Positions 1 through 9,463 of a DNA stretch of 64,000 bases are shown here, one piece after another (within the stretch, counting starts at the first letter, position 1; each line of letters begins with the position of its first letter). A program made the translations under genes and the position numbers. The notes below the pieces were generated by a model. That model had not been told where the DNA came from. It did no database searches and was given only the letters and a program-made list of their open reading frames with translations. Source of the stretch: a virus (Duplodnaviria; Caudoviricetes); the IMG/VR virus record IMGVR_UViG_3300028591_000094, positions 64,001 through 128,000 of that record; one strand, given 5' to 3'.

Positions 1-599
1 TTGGTGTATTGATATGGTATGACCCGTTTGAAATCCTTCCACAATCCCCAGTCTCCGCCGTTGTTCCAAAACAGACCGTCGATATCGTAGTGGTGAAATA
101 TGCTATCGTCAATCTGGCTCCAGTTGCGAACCAGTCCAGCACAACTGCCGTATCTTTTGAGTTTCTGGGCATCGCGCGGGTCTTTCACTAGTTTGTCCAC
201 CTGTTGCTCAAAGGACAGACTGCCGTGAGCCATTTTTGCCAAATCGTTTGTGAATGTGGCTCTGACGCCTTGGTCAATCAAACATCTGTCGAAACCAGGA
301 ACCACTATTTTCATGATAACGTCACCGTAACTTGAAGCCATACCAGGGTCTAATTCCCCTTCCAGGGTGGTTGTACAATACAAACCAAACCCATAGACAT
401 GCGCCCCGTTGCTTCCGATGAACTCCCTGGATACACCAGTTTTCTTTATTGCGTCAATGTTGCGGCTCCACGTCCTGGAATATATTACGAACGATTTATT
501 GTCTTTTGCGAATCCATGTAAATCGTCAAGGGTGTTGATTCCTTCAATATATTCTTCAACACCCTCGTTGATTATCCTATTGCAACTGTCTGGAAACAT
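1..599 (-). CDS. Partial ORF (runs off the window) with an ADP-ribosyltransferase-like fold; absent from the ORF track
   Basis: Hand translation from ATG at 599 is open to position 1: MFPDSCNRIINEGV...FVIYSRTWSRNIDAIKKTGVSREFIGSNGAHVYGFGLYCTTTL...SSYGDVIMK. This resembles the ART pattern Y[H/R]xT..I..G...G.G.Y.T. Confidence 0.6.
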   Translation of the reverse strand, partial: MFPDSCNRIINEGVEEYIEGINTLDDLHGFAKDNKSFVIYSRTWSRNIDAIKKTGVSREFIGSNGAHVYGFGLYCTTTLEGELDPGMASSYGDVIMKIVVPGFDRCLIDQGVRATFTNDLAKMAHGSLSFEQQVDKLVKDPRDAQKLKRYGSCAGLVRNWSQIDDSIFHHYDIDGLFWNNGGDWGLWKDFKRVIPYQYT

Positions 600-611
600 T
601 CGTTTGAAACT

Positions 612-2822
612 TTAGATGAGTTTGTTTATTCTTTCAAAAAGGTTGAAGAACCGTTCGTTAGTTGACTTGCGATACGACTCCTGCAGGCTGGTACGGTCGT
701 AATCCTCTGGGAAAATCACGTCAACTGGTTCCACAGCGTCACCTGAACGGGCGATAGCCATTTGACTTTCACCCCAAGGTTTGTAGTCAATCATGTCTGG
801 AATTCTAATTTCGGCAACTATGATTGTACCACCATATTTAGGAGCCAATTCCTTGGCGTGTTCCAGTGTGGTGCAGAAATATACACCAGGACCGTGGAGG
901 GCGTTGTTGTTGTCGGCTATGTGGAAACCGTTGGACATAACCTTTTCGGCTGTCTGTGGCGGGCAGCATGTGTACAGACGGTTGTCAAACTCGCCTTCCT
1001 GCGCCACGTTGTTCTCAAAGTCGTTGTTTTCGTGGGCTATGCCGTCATTATCATCGTCGTTGAACCAGTTGTCAGCCGATTCGTTTATAGCCGACGTGCC
1101 ATTACCCATACGTTCAGTATCCACGTCGCTCATTCCCAGCATGTCGAACACGCTGTCTATGTATGACTCGAACTGAGGCGAGCCGTTTTCCATTGTTCTG
1201 TTCATATTATTGTCTGATGTTGATTCATAAGTACCGTGAGGCAGATACGATTCGCTTATGGCGCGGTATCCGCTCGGAATGTTATTATACGGGCTAGCCG
1301 CTTTGCCCTGTTTGTCCTTTACAACGTTTCCCTGATAGGGGTGGGCGTCCAGTTTACGCTGAAACGCGCTGTCTGGCAATTGACCTTGATATTTGTCGTA
1401 GATGTACTTTTTCAGTTCACCAGACAAATGATTGTAAATTGTACGTGTAGCCATGGCGTTTGCAATGAGTTCGTCGAGGTTCAAGCCCTGGCACTGACTG
1501 ATAGCCCGCTCGTTGTCTATACGGTGTCTACCGACATACATTCCAGCCACCCATTTCTTGATATGGTTCGGAGTGTCACCTTCCTTCTTGGCATATTCCT
1601 TCATCTGGGGAAAGGTATCGATATAGTTCAGCAGCATGCCGAATATCTGCGACTTAATCACATTGATGTTGGGATTGCCATCCTCATCTGTTGGAATTGT
1701 GAAATCACTGAGACCTAGGAAAATGTGCAGTGTTTTATACACAGCCAAGATGTAGCTCAAATCCTCGTTGCCCATTGCGGCGAGCACTTTCTTGCGGTTC
1801 TCGGCGTTAGCCTCGTCGTCACCGTTTATTTCACCTTGAGAAAATGCTGTGGGTTTGATTTCAAATCCAGTGTTGTCAACCACACCGCGTCTCTCGGCGC
1901 TGTTCCATAAATCCTTGCGACCAGGGATTACAACCGTGTCGCTGATATCATAGTAAGCGTACCACTTGTACATGCTTGTATTGCCTTTCTTCTGGCGCAG
2001 CAAATCAATCTCAGCCTTGTTGTTCTGGTCTCTGTATCTGCCAGCATCGGCACCTGGGTCGGATGCTCTCTGTTTGGCGCGCATCTGTCTCATTGCGGCA
2101 ACCACCTCTGGGTCGTCGCGTCTTCCGCCGTCCATGGGTACTTTGTAGTAAATTGGATATTGGTGTTCCCAGTTCACTTCCCTGTTGTACTTGGACTCCC
2201 ATTCCTGCGGCGACAATATATAAGTTGCCTCGGGGAAACCAGCTTCCACACGGCGTTTGTTCTGTTGTCTAATGTAATCGATATTAGCATCGCTTAAAAC
2301 ATATGTCAAATTCTTGTTGGTTGACAGGGGAATGTGCATTTTCTGCAGACTTTCGAGAGCCTCGGGGCCCCAGTTCTGGATGTAGTTAATCCAGTCGGCG
2401 AGGTCGTCTTTCATAATCTGACTTTCCTTTTCGCCGCTAATACGGTTGTCGGCAAAAGGCTTGGCGACTCTTAGAATGTCACTGGCTGAAATTTTACCAA
2501 ACTTGGGGTCATTCATTGAATTTATAACACCCACAAGTTTCTGGATATCATGGGAAGCCACTGAGTTCGGGTCAGACAGTTCGTTTGCGGCAACCTTCAT
2601 GTAGAGGAGGTTGGAGTTGGTAACAGCCTTGGGTAAAACTTCCTTTATCTTGGCTAGCTGGTCTGGTGAGAAAAGGCTGTGTTTCTTTTTATCGGCGTCC
2701 TCCTCGTGGGCTGATATGGTCAGGTACCCCCTACTCTGGCTGGGGGATATTGTCAAAGGGGTGCCTGAAATTCTGGCACTATCCTCATTCAGAGTACTTT
2801 GGATTCTGTAATTATTGCTCAT
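612..2822 (-). CDS. 736-aa multidomain protein: ArdC-N-like central domain and C-terminal ART-like domain; probable head-internal protein
   Basis: ArdC-N-like: YVLSDANIDYIRQQN..PEATYILSPQEW..YNREV..YYDISDT. ART-like: LYTCCPPQTAEKVMSNGF..LHGPGVYFCTT..AK..YGGTII. TATTTAT lies upstream. Confidence 0.55.
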   Translation of the reverse strand: MSNNYRIQSTLNEDSARISGTPLTISPSQSRGYLTISAHEEDADKKKHSLFSPDQLAKIKEVLPKAVTNSNLLYMKVAANELSDPNSVASHDIQKLVGVINSMNDPKFGKISASDILRVAKPFADNRISGEKESQIMKDDLADWINYIQNWGPEALESLQKMHIPLSTNKNLTYVLSDANIDYIRQQNKRRVEAGFPEATYILSPQEWESKYNREVNWEHQYPIYYKVPMDGGRRDDPEVVAAMRQMRAKQRASDPGADAGRYRDQNNKAEIDLLRQKKGNTSMYKWYAYYDISDTVVIPGRKDLWNSAERRGVVDNTGFEIKPTAFSQGEINGDDEANAENRKKVLAAMGNEDLSYILAVYKTLHIFLGLSDFTIPTDEDGNPNINVIKSQIFGMLLNYIDTFPQMKEYAKKEGDTPNHIKKWVAGMYVGRHRIDNERAISQCQGLNLDELIANAMATRTIYNHLSGELKKYIYDKYQGQLPDSAFQRKLDAHPYQGNVVKDKQGKAASPYNNIPSGYRAISESYLPHGTYESTSDNNMNRTMENGSPQFESYIDSVFDMLGMSDVDTERMGNGTSAINESADNWFNDDDNDGIAHENNDFENNVAQEGEFDNRLYTCCPPQTAEKVMSNGFHIADNNNALHGPGVYFCTTLEHAKELAPKYGGTIIVAEIRIPDMIDYKPWGESQMAIARSGDAVEPVDVIFPEDYDRTSLQESYRKSTNERFFNLFERINKLI

Positions 2823-2852
2823 TTTACTAATTCTAATTGTAGTTTATATTAT

Positions 2853-2859
2853 ATAAATA
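2853..2859 (-). promoter_or_regulatory. TATTTAT putative late promoter
   Basis: Recurring motif upstream of structural and head-type genes. Confidence 0.6.
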
Positions 2860-2864
2860 TAATT

Positions 2865-2901
2865 AAAAAAGAAAAGCAACCGTTGGTTGGTCGCTTTTCT
2901 T
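2865..2901. terminator. Intrinsic terminator hairpin
   Basis: AAGAAAAGCAACC / GGTCGCTTTTCTT stem with adjacent A tract. Confidence 0.6.
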
Positions 2902-2923
2902 GTATTCAGCAGGAGGGATGGCG

Positions 2924-3268
2924 TCATTTTTTGTTTGAATTGTTGTCGCCTGTTCCAGGGCTGCTAGCCACATACCCTGCCGATGTGGTTGTTGTGTATA
3001 TATTCCATCGCTGAAACCATTGATTGATTGGACAGTTGAAACAATCGTGGTTTGGGTTGGTACAAGTTCCATCCAAACTCAAGAAGCACCTTTCATACCC
3101 CCACCACGGTACTGACGTCGGTGATGCTGGAGGTTGTTCCGTTGTATTCGCTTCTTCCTCCTTTAAAGCCAACAGCTCAGCCAGAGTCTGTTTCGATAGC
3201 TTCATGTACTTTTCAACTTTTTTGTGGAAGCCATCGGACGTTGTCTTTAAGTTCTCATTGTTGTTCAC
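2924..3268 (-). CDS. Hypothetical protein with a Cys cluster
   Basis: 114-aa ORF containing CFLSLDGTCTNPNHDCFNCP. Confidence 0.6.
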   Translation of the reverse strand: MNNNENLKTTSDGFHKKVEKYMKLSKQTLAELLALKEEEANTTEQPPASPTSVPWWGYERCFLSLDGTCTNPNHDCFNCPINQWFQRWNIYTTTTSAGYVASSPGTGDNNSNKK

Positions 3269-3288
3269 AATATTTAAGTTTAACTCAA

Positions 3289-4440
3289 TTATTTACAGTA
3301 GATTTTGCGGCTAAGCAACTGACCAATACGTGAATCATAAACTTCATAATACTGGCAAGGTTCCTCGCAAGAAAACCCATTGGATAGTGCAAAAGTATTG
3401 TACCCTATGATGGAGCCGTTTACAACAGCATTTGGGATTGAAACACATTGATGGAAATGTCCAATATAGATTTTATCCTGCCCAAACACTTTACCCCATT
3501 TAAGGGCTAAACGGTTGAGAGCGGGGTATATACCACACACTGTACCGTTACCGCCGCCACGAATCTGGAAACCGTGGGCGAAGATAAACTTCTGTCCATC
3601 GGGGGTGTTTACAACAGCGACTTCCGATTCTGGGATACAAAATTCAATCGGCAGACCGTCATTCTTGCACTGTTGCTCGATGTTCTTGTACATAAGCCAC
3701 TCGTAGCTCATCTTGAAACCGTTGGCGTGCTGAATCTTCTTGGTTGTACGACTGTGGTTGCCGACGATACCGATAAATTTGATTGAATTAAGGTCGGTGG
3801 TCTCGCAGATGTATTTTAGTCCATTGTAAATCAAACTCTGGGCTTTGAGTGTTGCTTCTAAGGGTGAAAGACCGTTGCACTGAGTCAATTCATCATGCAG
3901 GAACCCTGTTATACTATCGCCGAGTGACGCGAAAATGAGGTCATCAACCTCGTCAACCTTAATGCACTCACAGAGATTCTCAAAATATTTTTGAATGCGC
4001 TTTTCAGCAATTTCAATGTTATACTCATTCATATTGAGAACTGAGGCTGGATTAACAGTTTCCTCAATATGCGCATCCGAGAACAGGGCGACAGCATAGC
4101 GAGAGCCAGGTTTCTTTGGGGTGTACTTGAAGTTATAGGTCGTGAAGCCCAAGTTTTGGACATCCTTCATCTTTTTGAACTGTTTAAAATCTTGTTCATC
4201 CTCCTTGGACATAGTCTCTGTTACGGGAGCGTCGGCTTGTTTCACCACTGGACGGGTGTTGACGGCATAATAAGTCATACCGTTAAATTTGAAATAACCG
4301 TCCTGTTTCAGTTTCTTACCGATTGTCGCGTGGTCAACACCGATAACGGCTTCCAATTGTCTAAGACTGTCATACGTTTTTCCGTTTTCATCAACCAGCT
4401 TGTTTGAGCGGCTGGGGTAAAGTTCAAATTTGTTTTTCAT
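3289..4440 (-). CDS. Calcineurin-like metallophosphoesterase with N-terminal HTH-like region
   Basis: Motifs SDAH, LGDS, GNH, AHG, GHFH. Confidence 0.85.
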   Translation of the reverse strand: MKNKFELYPSRSNKLVDENGKTYDSLRQLEAVIGVDHATIGKKLKQDGYFKFNGMTYYAVNTRPVVKQADAPVTETMSKEDEQDFKQFKKMKDVQNLGFTTYNFKYTPKKPGSRYAVALFSDAHIEETVNPASVLNMNEYNIEIAEKRIQKYFENLCECIKVDEVDDLIFASLGDSITGFLHDELTQCNGLSPLEATLKAQSLIYNGLKYICETTDLNSIKFIGIVGNHSRTTKKIQHANGFKMSYEWLMYKNIEQQCKNDGLPIEFCIPESEVAVVNTPDGQKFIFAHGFQIRGGGNGTVCGIYPALNRLALKWGKVFGQDKIYIGHFHQCVSIPNAVVNGSIIGYNTFALSNGFSCEEPCQYYEVYDSRIGQLLSRKIYCK

Positions 4441-4480
4441 GTAACTTTGTTTTCGTTAAACTTTTATTGACTTTCTTTTC

Positions 4481-4492
4481 TACTAATATACG
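4481..4492 (-). promoter_or_regulatory. CGTATATTAGTA putative early/middle promoter
   Basis: Recurring 12-mer upstream of non-structural genes. Confidence 0.65.
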
Positions 4493-4513
4493 ACTTTTTT
4501 ATCAATAAGCCAG

Positions 4514-4553
4514 AAAATGAGCAACTTTTTTTGTTAAGTTGCTCATAAAAAAA
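4514..4553. terminator. Hairpin, likely terminator
   Basis: ATGAGCAACTT / AAGTTGCTCAT perfect 11-bp stem. Confidence 0.5.
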
Positions 4554-4570
4554 CCTGGTTATTTGTACGG

Positions 4571-6136
4571 TTAGTTGTTGCCATAGGCATCCTGCATCTC
4601 CATGTCAACCTCGCCTTTATCCATCTGCTTAGCCTCTCTGAATTTAAAAGCTTCAGTTTTTAATTTGAAGGCTTCAACCTTAGCGTCACCTTCGATACGA
4701 ACCACGATACCTTCGCGTGGAACCTTGTTTTTACACATAGGCTCATTGAGCTCCATTCCGAAGTGTTCCTGGTCGTTTCTCATGGCAATAAGCACATTCT
4801 CGTTCCAATGTTCGGAAACATCGATGCCTGGGTACAGATTGCTGAGAGTGCCGTGGTAGAGAATGTTAATCGGTTTGACCTTATCGGCAAGTTCGGGATG
4901 TTCGTCAATCAAAGCCTTTGTCCAACCCCAAACCTCGTCAACCTCCCATTCGGTATGATTACCCTCTGGGTCGGTGAATGTGATACGGTAGGGCATAAGG
5001 TAGCTCGTACCAGGCTGGCAACCGTAGTCATAACCTTTCTGAATCATTGACTGCGAACCGTCGACATACCCACAAATTTCACCGTACACGGTCATACCCT
5101 CGATAAGGTATGGATAGATGAGCTCACCATATTTCGACCATACATCGGTACCGTAAAAGTGACGCTGAATACCGCTGTTGATGTACTGGTTCTTGATAAC
5201 AGTACGACTTGACGTCACGTTACCGTATTCGAGTTTGAATTGGCTGTTAATATAGTCCTTGATTCGTGCTCTTTCATTATTGACGGCAACTCTCTGCCAT
5301 GGGTAGCGGCACTGGGTCTTTGCAAGAGCTTTCAAACGACGGTACATGCTTTTGTTCTTCACCCTACGGGGCAACGTAGCGGGCAACGGTTTCTTCACCA
5401 GAAGTTTTCCAACAATCAAGCTGGTACCGTGCTCCTTGACCGAAATGAATACTGGTGTTTCAGGTTTAAAACGCCATATATTATCTTGAATTTGGTTAGT
5501 TGAGTAATGGAATGAAAATTGTCCCTCCACCATTCGGTCGAACCTTTTCAGCTTGCGATTGCGTTTCGCAGCCTTGTCAGCTCGTGCCTGTTCTCTGTTA
5601 GATATTCGTGGCACGTAAGCTTTTACGAACAAATCGCCACCGATTGTGTCGAAACAGAAAGGCTCCACGATACCGTCCTCGTTAGGAATGAAACACTGAC
5701 TGAAATCGTAGTTGGCAATTTCAGGTTTCCATTTTGCAAGGGCGTCAATTGTGAACAAGCATCCCTCCGACGGACATTTGCGGAGTTTGACGATGCGTAC
5801 ACGACCGTACTTGTTGAAATAGCCGACGAGTTTCTTGGCTTCGTCTTCCTTGCCCTCGTCCATGAGAGCCTGAACCTCCTCGTAGTTCTTGTTGAGGTGG
5901 CGCTCGCCTATCTCGAACTGGTTGTTGACCGAAAGGAAGTCGGCGTTGACCTCGGTCTCCAGTTTGGCGTAAACCATGATTTCACCCTCTTTCACGTCGT
6001 TTTTGCCTACAACGACATTGAATCCGTTGACACTGGTGCGTGCGAGAAAGTCGGAGCCCTCAATGGGGATGAGCTCGCCGATTCTCACGACCTGTGCACA
6101 GTACTCTTGTTTGTAATTTTCACTTTTTGTAAACAT
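4571..6136 (-). CDS. ATP-dependent RNA ligase (Rnl2/DRB0094-like, with N-terminal OB-type domain)
   Basis: Nucleotidyltransferase motifs KEHGTS, YGEICG, EGIVVR, FKLK; N-terminus VVRIGELIPIEGSD...VVVGK. Confidence 0.85.
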   Translation of the reverse strand: MFTKSENYKQEYCAQVVRIGELIPIEGSDFLARTSVNGFNVVVGKNDVKEGEIMVYAKLETEVNADFLSVNNQFEIGERHLNKNYEEVQALMDEGKEDEAKKLVGYFNKYGRVRIVKLRKCPSEGCLFTIDALAKWKPEIANYDFSQCFIPNEDGIVEPFCFDTIGGDLFVKAYVPRISNREQARADKAAKRNRKLKRFDRMVEGQFSFHYSTNQIQDNIWRFKPETPVFISVKEHGTSLIVGKLLVKKPLPATLPRRVKNKSMYRRLKALAKTQCRYPWQRVAVNNERARIKDYINSQFKLEYGNVTSSRTVIKNQYINSGIQRHFYGTDVWSKYGELIYPYLIEGMTVYGEICGYVDGSQSMIQKGYDYGCQPGTSYLMPYRITFTDPEGNHTEWEVDEVWGWTKALIDEHPELADKVKPINILYHGTLSNLYPGIDVSEHWNENVLIAMRNDQEHFGMELNEPMCKNKVPREGIVVRIEGDAKVEAFKLKTEAFKFREAKQMDKGEVDMEMQDAYGNN

Positions 6137-6157
6137 AATTTATCTAATTTTTTAGCG

Positions 6158-6358
6158 TTAGAATTTGGTGTTTTTGAAAAAGATGACCGCCAGTCCGAGT
6201 AGAAACAGTATGCTGCAAGCCATCGGTATCCAGGCTGGTGCCAAAACCCACAGCCATGACCAGGTTATGACCTTGCATAGTTTAAGAACTATAAAAGCCA
6301 CCAGCAGCAGTGTCGGTAAACCTCCGACGGTGACTGAAATTTTCTTTTTGTCGCTCAT
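6158..6358 (-). CDS. Small two-TM membrane protein
   Basis: LLLVAFIVLKLCKVITWSWLWVLAPAWI, a common phage membrane peptide pattern. Confidence 0.75.
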   Translation of the reverse strand: MSDKKKISVTVGGLPTLLLVAFIVLKLCKVITWSWLWVLAPAWIPMACSILFLLGLAVIFFKNTKF

Positions 6359-6387
6359 TGTTTTTGCGTAATGTTTGTTTTTATTGA

Positions 6388-7044
6388 TTATTCAATGGTT
6401 TCAACTTCTTTCATGAACTTCTCGAAGAACTCCTTGTTGGATTGATTGCGCTTGACTGTTTCGTTGAGACTGTTCAGATAATATGCTACGTCATCCTCGA
6501 GACATTGACGTCTAACCGCCATATCCTTCTCGAATACCTTTCTCGAATTTTCATCCTTCAGTTCTTCGTCATAACGGTCGATTTCCTTTTGGTAGAACTC
6601 AATATCATCCTTGGATTTCTCACATTGCTCGATAGCGAATTGTTTGATTTCATTGAACTCGGGCGAACATTTCCATTCCGAGATACGGTTGATGAAATCA
6701 TCGTACTTGGCGTTCTTTGCCTTAATTTCCTCCAAACGTTTTGCATAGTATTCTCGTTCTTCCTTAATTCCTGTGATGTATTCATGGTAGGCTTTTTCAA
6801 CAGCTTCACCCTGCAGCTCGGTATACTCTTCGAGTTTTTTCTGCGCCTCTTCGTATTGTCCCTTGTTGTAGTTGTAGTTCCAGCTGTCCTCAAGGTTGAA
6901 CCTTGCGTTTATGACCGATTCAAGACTCAGCGATTCGTCCCTCTTGTCGATGAAGATGCCGAATGCACGGAGACAGAGTTTGAGAAAATCCTTGGGCTCT
7001 GTTATTTTGCCCTCTTCGATGAATGATGTGTAACCTGTTGGCAT
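6388..7044 (-). CDS. Hypothetical coiled-coil phage protein
   Basis: 218 aa, MPTGYT...FLKLCLRAFG start, E/K-rich. Confidence 0.75.
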   Translation of the reverse strand: MPTGYTSFIEEGKITEPKDFLKLCLRAFGIFIDKRDESLSLESVINARFNLEDSWNYNYNKGQYEEAQKKLEEYTELQGEAVEKAYHEYITGIKEEREYYAKRLEEIKAKNAKYDDFINRISEWKCSPEFNEIKQFAIEQCEKSKDDIEFYQKEIDRYDEELKDENSRKVFEKDMAVRRQCLEDDVAYYLNSLNETVKRNQSNKEFFEKFMKEVETIE

Positions 7045-7179
7045 AATTAATTATTTTTATTGTTGAACTTTTTTCATAATAAACTCAGTTCTTTGAAATG
7101 GTGTCTCGAGGTTGCCGCCCGAAACCCGTGGGTGGCGTAAAACCATAGGCGTTTTTTGTACAACAAACTCAAAAAAAAG

Positions 7180-8010
7180 TTATTCGTGGTCTCTGATTTC
7201 AATCCAGTCGGGGCGCATTCCATCTGTTATAACCGCCCCTAACATTGTGAATTTTACATCATCCCGCACATCGGTGCAGTGCTTATGGTAATGCCCGTAA
7301 GTCCACGACTCCAACGGCTGGTTTTGGACAACTTTGAGTTCATCCCATATCAAATCCATAACATGGCGTTCGTAGTCAATATCGGCAAAAAGCGTTTCGT
7401 CATTCTTACCCCAAGCTTCAATACCGTCTTTCGACTGAGGTTCACAAAAGCTTGGACTGGTATGAGTGCAAACGTGTTTGATAACAATCCCTTGTTTATT
7501 AATCTCATTGAAAGCATCTTGATTGAAAACTGGCGCTTCGTCTGCCCAATATATGTTGTTGGTGTGTGTTGCAGCATCCTCTTCGGTTGCACCTTTATGC
7601 CATTTAAGATAAGCATCCATCATTCGCTGTTTTTCGGACATACGCCACTTGCGGTCGATTGACGTTGCGCCGCCCACCATTAATATGGTGTCATTAAGTA
7701 TAGTGTAGTCTGGAACTGGGAGGATGTATTTGGTTGTAACAATCTTATTATTGAAGAACGCTGGGTCGTCGTGATTACCTCGGAACATAATGATGTACGT
7801 CTGACGGTCTCGACACAACCGATTGAGTTTTTCGAGAGCAACTTTGGTTGCCTCTTTACTGTAGAACCCTAATCCGCAATCTCCGCATACAATAATGCCA
7901 CTATGGTTGATATTATACGTCTTAATCATACTGACAAGCGATGAGAAACAGCCGTGTATATCACCCACGGCATATATTGCTTCAACAGGAATATTGACTT
8001 TATTAATCAT
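7180..8010 (-). CDS. Metallophosphoesterase
   Basis: GDIHG, CGDCG, RGNHD, THT, YGHYH. Confidence 0.9.
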   Translation of the reverse strand: MINKVNIPVEAIYAVGDIHGCFSSLVSMIKTYNINHSGIIVCGDCGLGFYSKEATKVALEKLNRLCRDRQTYIIMFRGNHDDPAFFNNKIVTTKYILPVPDYTILNDTILMVGGATSIDRKWRMSEKQRMMDAYLKWHKGATEEDAATHTNNIYWADEAPVFNQDAFNEINKQGIVIKHVCTHTSPSFCEPQSKDGIEAWGKNDETLFADIDYERHVMDLIWDELKVVQNQPLESWTYGHYHKHCTDVRDDVKFTMLGAVITDGMRPDWIEIRDHE

Positions 8011-8015
8011 GTTAT

Positions 8016-8027
8016 TATTAATATACG
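8016..8027 (-). promoter_or_regulatory. CGTATATTAATA putative early/middle promoter
   Basis: Motif ends 5 nt before the ATG at 8010. Confidence 0.65.
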
Positions 8028-8050
8028 AAAAATTTGTATCATATTAAACA

Positions 8051-8079
8051 AAAAAAGCGAAGCCTATTGTGGACTTCGC
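8051..8079 (-). terminator. Intrinsic terminator
   Basis: Minus strand GCGAAGTCCACAATAGGCTTCGC followed by a T tract. Confidence 0.75.
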
Positions 8080-8230
8080 ATCTTCACAGTTAATGTGTCT
8101 ACGGATTTAACGTCGCCCACGCGATGGCGGTCTGGTGTATCTGAACGGGTCGAGGTCGGTCGAGTAGACTACCACCACGTCGTCCTACTAGTCATACGGC
8201 ATACGGACGGCGAACTTCCTTTTCAATTTT
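8051..8230 (-). ncRNA. Candidate structured non-coding RNA, family unknown
   Basis: GC-rich intergenic island with nested stems, between TATTTAT (8239-8245) and a terminator; no credible ORF. Confidence 0.45.
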
Positions 8231-8238
8231 TCTTAATA

Positions 8239-8245
8239 ATAAATA
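8239..8245 (-). promoter_or_regulatory. TATTTAT putative late promoter with no protein gene downstream
   Basis: ACTATTTATTATTAAG on the minus strand. Confidence 0.5.
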
Positions 8246-8262
8246 GTGTAGGACTGTTTTTC

Positions 8263-8508
8263 TCAGTCGATAATCTCGACAGTCATTCTTACCTTATGTC
8301 CCAGCAAACTGTCCAAAAAAGTGTGTTTTCCTTCATCAGAAAATGACGTGAATGTGATGTCGTAGTCGCAGCTGTCGACTGAGTCATCATCTTCAGCCAG
8401 CTGAACCAAACTGATTGATTTGGCGTTGATTGATTCGTCATATTCAAACAAATCATCAGCCAGACCCTCAATAACAAGTTTCTGTGGAATGTCTTCAATT
8501 GGTTTCAT
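8263..8508 (-). CDS. Hypothetical protein
   Basis: 81-aa ORF in the minus-strand gene array. Confidence 0.65.
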   Translation of the reverse strand: MKPIEDIPQKLVIEGLADDLFEYDESINAKSISLVQLAEDDDSVDSCDYDITFTSFSDEGKHTFLDSLLGHKVRMTVEIID

Positions 8509-8612
8509 ATTCTAAACGGATTGATGCATTATATATACAATATATATTATCCGAAGTTAAATTGCCAAAAATTTAGGGAATTTTAACATTTAGAGCCGAC
8601 ACATGCAAAAAC

Positions 8613-8643
8613 AAAAAAAAAACACAGTCAAAACGACTGTGTT
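8613..8643 (-). terminator. Intrinsic terminator
   Basis: AACACAGTC / GACTGTGTT stem plus T tract on the minus strand. Confidence 0.7.
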
Positions 8644-8683
8644 AAAATTTGATATGATTAAAGCCAACTGATATATGGTTCTG

Positions 8684-9460
8684 TTAAAGTAACTTTATTT
8701 CATACAGCGTAAACCTGGTGTCTGGGGATGCTGGCTCGATAAAACGCTTATAGAAGTTGGTTGTCCAGTCTATGGCAGTCTCCTGTTCACCGCACATGTA
8801 TTTCTCGGCGGTTGCCACTCCGTAAGTCCAGAAGGCGCAACTGTGCTGCACATATTCCTCTGCATTCTTGAAGTTGGCGAAATACTCCTTGCGGTTACTG
8901 AAACTCGACTTGATAAGGTGCTCATCTTCCGTCTCTGGTTCCTTGTCGTCAACGCATACCGCCCATGCCGAGTAGTATATGTCAGTGTTTGCCATATGTA
9001 CCTTAGTCCAGTCGATTTCGCTTTTTGTTGCACTGTACACCTTCAGTCCGTCTTTCAATATGAACGGATTGCTGAATGGCGCCTCGTCTCTCTGGTCTTG
9101 CCTGATTCTTTTGTCATAGCATTTCTCATACTGGTAGTGTGCATCAGGATTCTCGGTCGACCACGCATCCCCATTCTCGTCGTAGGTACAGCCGTAAGTC
9201 AACTGCTGGTAGAATTCGAAATCATCCATAGCCAAATGTTCCTCGTACAAATCCTTGAAATGGTCAAGCATAGGGTGATTGGTATCCTGAGCCGCCTTGA
9301 TGTGGGCTTCAATGAACTTCAAATCCTGTTTGTGGAGTTTGGCTGCATCGTCGAAATGATATCTCAGATATTTCGGCACCTTGGTGTCAAGACTGTATTT
9401 CGCCGCTATTTCCTCGTGGTTATCACCGATAACCAAAAGTGTTCTAAATGAATTTGCCAT
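8684..9460 (-). CDS. Hypothetical protein
   Basis: 258-aa ORF, tightly packed with its neighbour. Confidence 0.75.
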   Translation of the reverse strand: MANSFRTLLVIGDNHEEIAAKYSLDTKVPKYLRYHFDDAAKLHKQDLKFIEAHIKAAQDTNHPMLDHFKDLYEEHLAMDDFEFYQQLTYGCTYDENGDAWSTENPDAHYQYEKCYDKRIRQDQRDEAPFSNPFILKDGLKVYSATKSEIDWTKVHMANTDIYYSAWAVCVDDKEPETEDEHLIKSSFSNRKEYFANFKNAEEYVQHSCAFWTYGVATAEKYMCGEQETAIDWTTNFYKRFIEPASPDTRFTLYEIKLL

Positions 9461-9463
9461 GTA

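Noticed and set aside
8107-8226. Small ORF with TAG TAG read-through (MKRKFAVRMPYD**DDVVVV...)
   Set aside because: It needs two consecutive stop read-throughs in a standard-code genome; RNA structure explains the region better.
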